A stretch of DNA of 64,000 nucleotides from Prorocentrum cordatum (Eukaryota), in NCBI GenBank assembly GCA_963575745.1, contig CAUYUJ010000225.1:992001-1056000 (forward strand), given 5' to 3'. Each line of letters starts with the position of its first letter. Within the stretch, counting starts at the first letter, position 1. The notes under the pieces were generated by a model, which made no database searches, was not told the DNA's origin, and was given only the letters and a program-made list of their open reading frames with translations. Positions 59,704 to 64,000 of this stretch are shown piece by piece. The position numbers were made by a program, and so were the translations under genes.

Positions 59704-61700
59704 AGGGAGACGCGGCGGCTGAAACACCGTGCAAAACTTTGCTGCAAAACCTGCTGATCCAGGACATCGGTTAACAGTTTAGACGAGACTTCGGAATGAT
59801 CACGGCTCCCGGCATCGCTCTGGTTGAATTCCGAAGGGGCCCACCTAAAGTACGGGGCGATACCGAGGGCCAGGGCGCACATATTGAAGCGACGTATCTG
59901 TACTAGCAACTTAAAACCGCGACTCCTTGAACGGGCGAAGGCGAGAACAACGGCCATGCTTTCGCACGGGAAGAGCTGTCTGATGCATGCGCCGTACCTG
60001 GTTCGAGCGAGCCTACGCATGGCCTTCACCAGGGCCCGGGCTTCCAGCACTAAGATGCCCTCCTCTAAAGCCCAGACACCCTTTCGAGCCGTCTTCCATG
60101 CGGAGGCGCGGAGGAGCTGCCAGGGGGCCAGGAAAATCCGCCACGACCTCCCAGTTGCCAAGGCGACACTCGTCCCCGACAATACTGCTTCTCCACTCGC
60201 CGTCTTCATGGTGGAGGAGGTGGGCGGAGGCGAGTGCGGACTCCCGAGCCGAACGGTGGCCAACGCGTTTAAACCGAGCTCGCTCGCAGACACGGCCCAC
60301 GTGGGCCACCTGCGAGGGGCCCCAGAAGCTTTGAGCCATCGCCCAGCCCGCCAGGCTAGCGTCGGTCTCCAGGACACACGGGTTCCAAGGGATCCACCAA
60401 TCACGACCCAACAGCAGAAGGGCCCCTCTGAAGGCCCGGAGCTCCTCGACCACTTCGGGCCATAGGGGGCCTACTACTAGATACTGCGTCAAAATATATT
60501 TATACACCGTGTGAAAAATTGAAAGAGACTCAGAAGGCACAGTGCCCGATTACTTGTTCAAGGGCTCGGCCGCTGCAGCGGCCCCGCCGAAACAACAGTC
60601 CCGTCAGGCCGCGCTCCAGCTTCCAGAAGCGGGCCGACGTCGCGGTCGACCAGAGGCGCCCCCCGTCGAGCTCCGTGCCGAGGGCCTCCCCCCAGCCGCC
60701 GTGGGACCCCGACTTGTGTAGGGCCAGCCCGACCTGCTCGAACAACTCGCTCCACTCGGACGCCATCCTGTCGCTGAGGGCGACGTCGCCGCTAACGGCG
60801 CCCAAAATGTCGACGTAGACGCAGGCCCCGCCCTCGCCTCGGTCCGAGGCGCGAAGTGCAGAAGCCTCCGCCTGGTCCTGCGTCAGGGGCTGCTCTCGGC
60901 CAGCCGGCACAGCCTCCTGGAGGCTGACGCTCCGGCAGACCCTGTCCTCGTTGGCGGCCTGGGCCAAGTGCAAGGACCACGCGAAGCCCATCGGCAGGAC
61001 CCCCAGGCAGGGGTGCACCATCGCGTCCGAAGCCGCCTCGGCGGGGAGGCCGGCGACCGGCAGCCCCTCGAGCACATGCCAAGGGACGGCCGGCAGGCAG
61101 AAGTACCGGCCGAGGTCCTCGTGGATACGCATCCCGTAGAAGCAGCCCTTGACGTCGGTCGCGGTCACGCACGCGGTGAAGGCGTCCAGCAAGCGACGGC
61201 CCTCCTCGGAGGAGGGGTGGATCCCGGGCGGCATCTCCACCTCGATGCGCCCGAACCCCTCGCTGCTCAGAAGCCGCGCGGATGGCGGCGCCCTAAAGTG
61301 GCCGTTGCTGCGCCTCGCGTCGATGATCCGCCGCAGAGCGGCTGGCAGAGCGCCGCTCGACTTTGCCACGAAGAAGATGCCCGCCGACTCGGCGGGCCTC
61401 GAAGTCACTCCAAGAAGTCCACGTCTGGCAAGATCCCGCACGAAAGTGCGGTAGCATTTGGAATTCCTCTTCAGCACAGGGTCCATGTAGACACACGGCA
61501 CGCTGTCGAAGTCAACTGCCTCCGGCTCCAACCTCATTCGCTTCTGATCCTCCTCCAGGAAGAGACGGCAGTCGGGGCTCACAATGTCCTCGAGGAAGCG
61601 GCACTCCAGCGCGCTCTCGGGAAGCGCGATTTTGCCGGGCTGGTTGGAGACGAGGTTCCTCGGGGCGACGTCCGTCTCGTACACGGACTGCCCCCGGAGC
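59697..61700 (-). pseudogene. DIRS-type reverse transcriptase and RNase H (frameshifted)
   Basis: RT motifs GIFFVAK, RIIDARRSN, DVKGCFY, LPMGFAWS, VYVDI. RNase H motifs TDASLAGW, LVLEARA, RWAPSEFNQSDAGSR. Confidence 0.85.
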
Positions 61701-61966
61701 AGCTCTCTGGGGGCTGCCTCCGCCTTCGGCAGCGTCGGGGGGGGCTGCGGCCTGGCGCCGATGAGCCTCGCACCACAGATGCTGCTGAAGGGCCGCGTGC
61801 TTGGCCAGGGTCGAGGCGCCTGGCTGCGGTGTCGACAACGCGCCCATGAAACCGGCCATCCAGTTCAGGCTGGCCAAGGCGCGGTTCACCAATTCAACCC
61901 CATGTAGCCGCACATGTGCCTTACGCTGAGACCTGCACCCGTGGGCCAGAACAGCCGGCACCTGCA

Positions 61967-62896
61967 TCAGCGGCACCGGGAACAGGTCTCTCTCAAAATC
62001 GGACGGCGGCAACGGAGAGGCGCGGGCCCAGTCCTGCTCCCAGCCGGAAGGGCCCAATCCCCCGGCTGACCCGTCTTGGTCATGATTGGACCGGGCCCTG
62101 GCGTGCGACCGCGGCCGCGGCCGCGTCCCCGCCCCTTGGCACCCCCTCCGCCGGCCCCCGCGGCGCCGCCGCTACTGGTGGTCTCTGTGGCCGCGGCACC
62201 CGACGTGATGCGGGAATCGGCGGCCTCCGCTTTCTTCATGGACTGCTCTACCTCCCAGTCCTCCTTGGCACGGCGGGAGACGTGCTGCCTCAAGGCCGGT
62301 GCCAGCAGCTCGTCCGCCTCGCCGAGCGGCGTCAGGTACTTGGCGTTGGCGAACGACGGGGCCCCGCCGCGCTCGTAGGCGCCCACTATGGCGTTGAGCC
62401 GGCGGGTGGGCGCGATGTTCTTCTCTCTCAGGAACTTCTCGAGCAACGCTCGTGGGGGGCCCCACGTGCGGTACATCATCTTGCACGTGTGGAGGCACGT
62501 CAGGCCCCCCTCGAGTCGCTGATGCCCCCAGTCGTGGCTCACCGACTCGTTGGTAGCCTTCCTGAACTCCTTGAACCGCTCCCCCTGGTCGCCCCACTCG
62601 ACCCAGAAGGTTCTCGTGTCGTCGCCACTCCGCTCCTCTGGTCTCGGGCCTCCATCACCGGCGTCGGCCCCCGCGTCGCAGTCGCCTGGCCCTGGCGGTG
62701 GTGCCTCTCCGCCTGGAGCAGGTCCGGCACCAAGGGCCAGGGGCCCATCACCAGGAGCAGCGGCCGGCGGCACCATCTCCAGGAGACGGCGCAGCTCCTC
62801 CACGCGACGAGACGCCCAGTCGACCACCTCCGCCTCTGGCATCTGCTCCGCTCGCCATGCTCGGCCGCGCCGGTGCCAGAGGGCGTCGATCCCCAC
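61967..62896 (-). CDS. gag-like ORF of the DIRS-like element (partial)
   Basis: Position upstream of RT; DTRTFWVEWGDQGERFKEFR segment and a basic Gly-rich tail. Confidence 0.6.
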   Translation of the reverse strand: MGIDALWHRRGRAWRAEQMPEAEVVDWASRRVEELRRLLEMVPPAAAPGDGPLALGAGPAPGGEAPPPGPGDCDAGADAGDGGPRPEERSGDDTRTFWVEWGDQGERFKEFRKATNESVSHDWGHQRLEGGLTCLHTCKMMYRTWGPPRALLEKFLREKNIAPTRRLNAIVGAYERGGAPSFANAKYLTPLGEADELLAPALRQHVSRRAKEDWEVEQSMKKAEAADSRITSGAAATETTSSGGAAGAGGGGAKGRGRGRGRGRTPGPGPIMTKTGQPGDWALPAGSRTGPAPLRCRRPILRETCSRCR

Positions 62897-63263
62897 CCCA
62901 ATCAGGGTCTGTCGTGGCGTCCACGATGGAGCCGATCGGCAGCCCAGGCGCGGGCTCCGCCAAGGCCCACACGCAGTTGAGAATAGGAATGGGATGTAGG
63001 AGAGATCTTTTCCAGTACGTGTGAAACAAAGCTTGATTCTCTGACTCGAGCCTAATGGTTACGGTGAGGGCTGGCCGCAACGCGCGCGTAGCAGAGGTCA
63101 CCTGGCTGGGAATATACCTTTCGACTCTGGTACTTCTCCTTTGGTGGCTGTAAGCGCCACAGACACCACAGTTCCTTGGAAAATATCGCTGCGCTCTCTG
63201 TTCCAAAAACACAGCAAAGGAAAATGGCATCCAGCACTCAGAAAAGGAAGCTCCAGCCATCAC

Positions 63264-64000
63264 TCACATGTACCTCTGTTTCTTCTTCGGATGCATCGAC
63301 GGGTTGCTCCACGGAGCCCTCGTGGGGCACTCATTACCCCAATGGCCCAACTTGCCGCACACGCGGCACTGGCCCGGCTGCAGCGCCCCACTCGGCTTCG
63401 AACCGTCGCTGGGCGCAGGGCGCTTCGGCGCTGCGCGCGTGGCCCACGGGGACGCCGTTGGGCCAGGCGCGGCCTTCGGCGCTGCCGTCACCACTGGCCG
63501 GAGCGGCACCGATCCGCTCGTGGCCTGGCCGGCCTTCGGCGCAGCAGTCGGGCCAAGCGGGCCCAACCGGAGTGGGTCCGATCCACTCTCGGCGTCTACG
63601 CGCCTTGGCTGCGCCGGCCGAGACTTAGGCTGAGTCCCGACAAACTCCGGAGCTTGCTCCTGCTTCGCCGCTGCCCGTGCGCGGAGTCGGTTGTACAGCT
63701 CCCGGAGGTCGGTGTCGTGCTCGTTCTTCTTGTCGTCGACGTCGCGGTCGTACTTCCGCTTCTCCTCTTCGTGCCTCCAATGCCTGACGCGGTTGTTGGC
63801 TGGCTCGCCGTCCGTGTCGGAGTCGCACTCGCGCTTGAGGTCCGCCTCGTGCATGTGCTTCTGCCGCTTCTCCGGGTATTTCTCCACGAGCGCTGTCAAC
63901 CACGTGAACTCGTCGTCCCGGTACTTCCGCAGCAGACTGTCCAACCTCGATACATTGTCGGGGTTGAGCTTTTCGTAAGCGACGGTCATCACCTCGCGCC
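63264..64000 (-). CDS. CCHC zinc-knuckle protein, 5' end probably outside the window
   Basis: CRVCGKLGHWGNEC near the C-terminus; N-terminal YEKLNPDNVSRLDSLLRKY helical motif; 242-aa open frame. Confidence 0.6.
   Translation of the reverse strand, partial: REVMTVAYEKLNPDNVSRLDSLLRKYRDDEFTWLTALVEKYPEKRQKHMHEADLKRECDSDTDGEPANNRVRHWRHEEEKRKYDRDVDDKKNEHDTDLRELYNRLRARAAAKQEQAPEFVGTQPKSRPAQPRRVDAESGSDPLRLGPLGPTAAPKAGQATSGSVPLRPVVTAAPKAAPGPTASPWATRAAPKRPAPSDGSKPSGALQPGQCRVCGKLGHWGNECPTRAPWSNPSMHPKKKQRYM

Larger units (their letters stand above)
57080..62960 (-). mobile_element. DIRS/Ngaro-like tyrosine-recombinase retrotransposon carrying a C5 DNA methyltransferase; decayed, 5' terminus not seen
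   Basis: Order gag-like, RT, RNase H, YR, DNMT, then two ~90-bp direct repeats. Confidence 0.85.

Noticed and set aside
60470..60535. AT-rich patch as an insertion in the DIRS pol
   Set aside because: It translates as SLSIFHTVYKYI, continuous with the RT-RNase H connection.

Overview
GC-rich, repeat-dense eukaryotic DNA, almost certainly from a dinoflagellate. A perfect 22-nt dinoflagellate spliced leader (TCCGTAGCCATTTTGGCTCAAG) lies at 53412-53433 (minus strand), and there is a GC-AG intron with AG|G borders and a methyltransferase-carrying DIRS-like element. The window is almost entirely mobile DNA, and every recognisable gene is on the minus strand. In order: (1) a decayed RNase H-containing LINE (~1-4.1 kb); (2) microsatellites and degenerate repeat units (4-13 kb); (3) a ~30-kb segment (13065-43342) bounded by a perfect 19-bp inverted repeat, with a hAT-like transposase at its right end; (4) a LINE fragment and minisatellites; (5) a full-length APE-RT LINE (47901-53433) that begins exactly with the spliced leader and is flanked by an 18-bp direct repeat; (6) a DIRS/Ngaro-like element with gag, RT, RNase H, tyrosine recombinase and C5-methyltransferase, plus an internal spliced-leader relic. 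The 30-kb segment carries a co-oriented cargo: a protein kinase fused to an AlkB-like 2OG-Fe(II) dioxygenase, a large protein with an N4/N6 DNA-methyltransferase-like domain, an HU-like protein, a duplicated Zn-finger/coiled-coil gene, a WW-domain gene, a GIY-YIG-like nuclease and an S24/S26 peptidase. A palindromic GAGCTC satellite is interleaved throughout it. This candidate giant cargo transposon is the main discovery. Most ORFs are frameshifted (decay or sequencing error). All domain calls come from reading motifs by eye and need profile searches.
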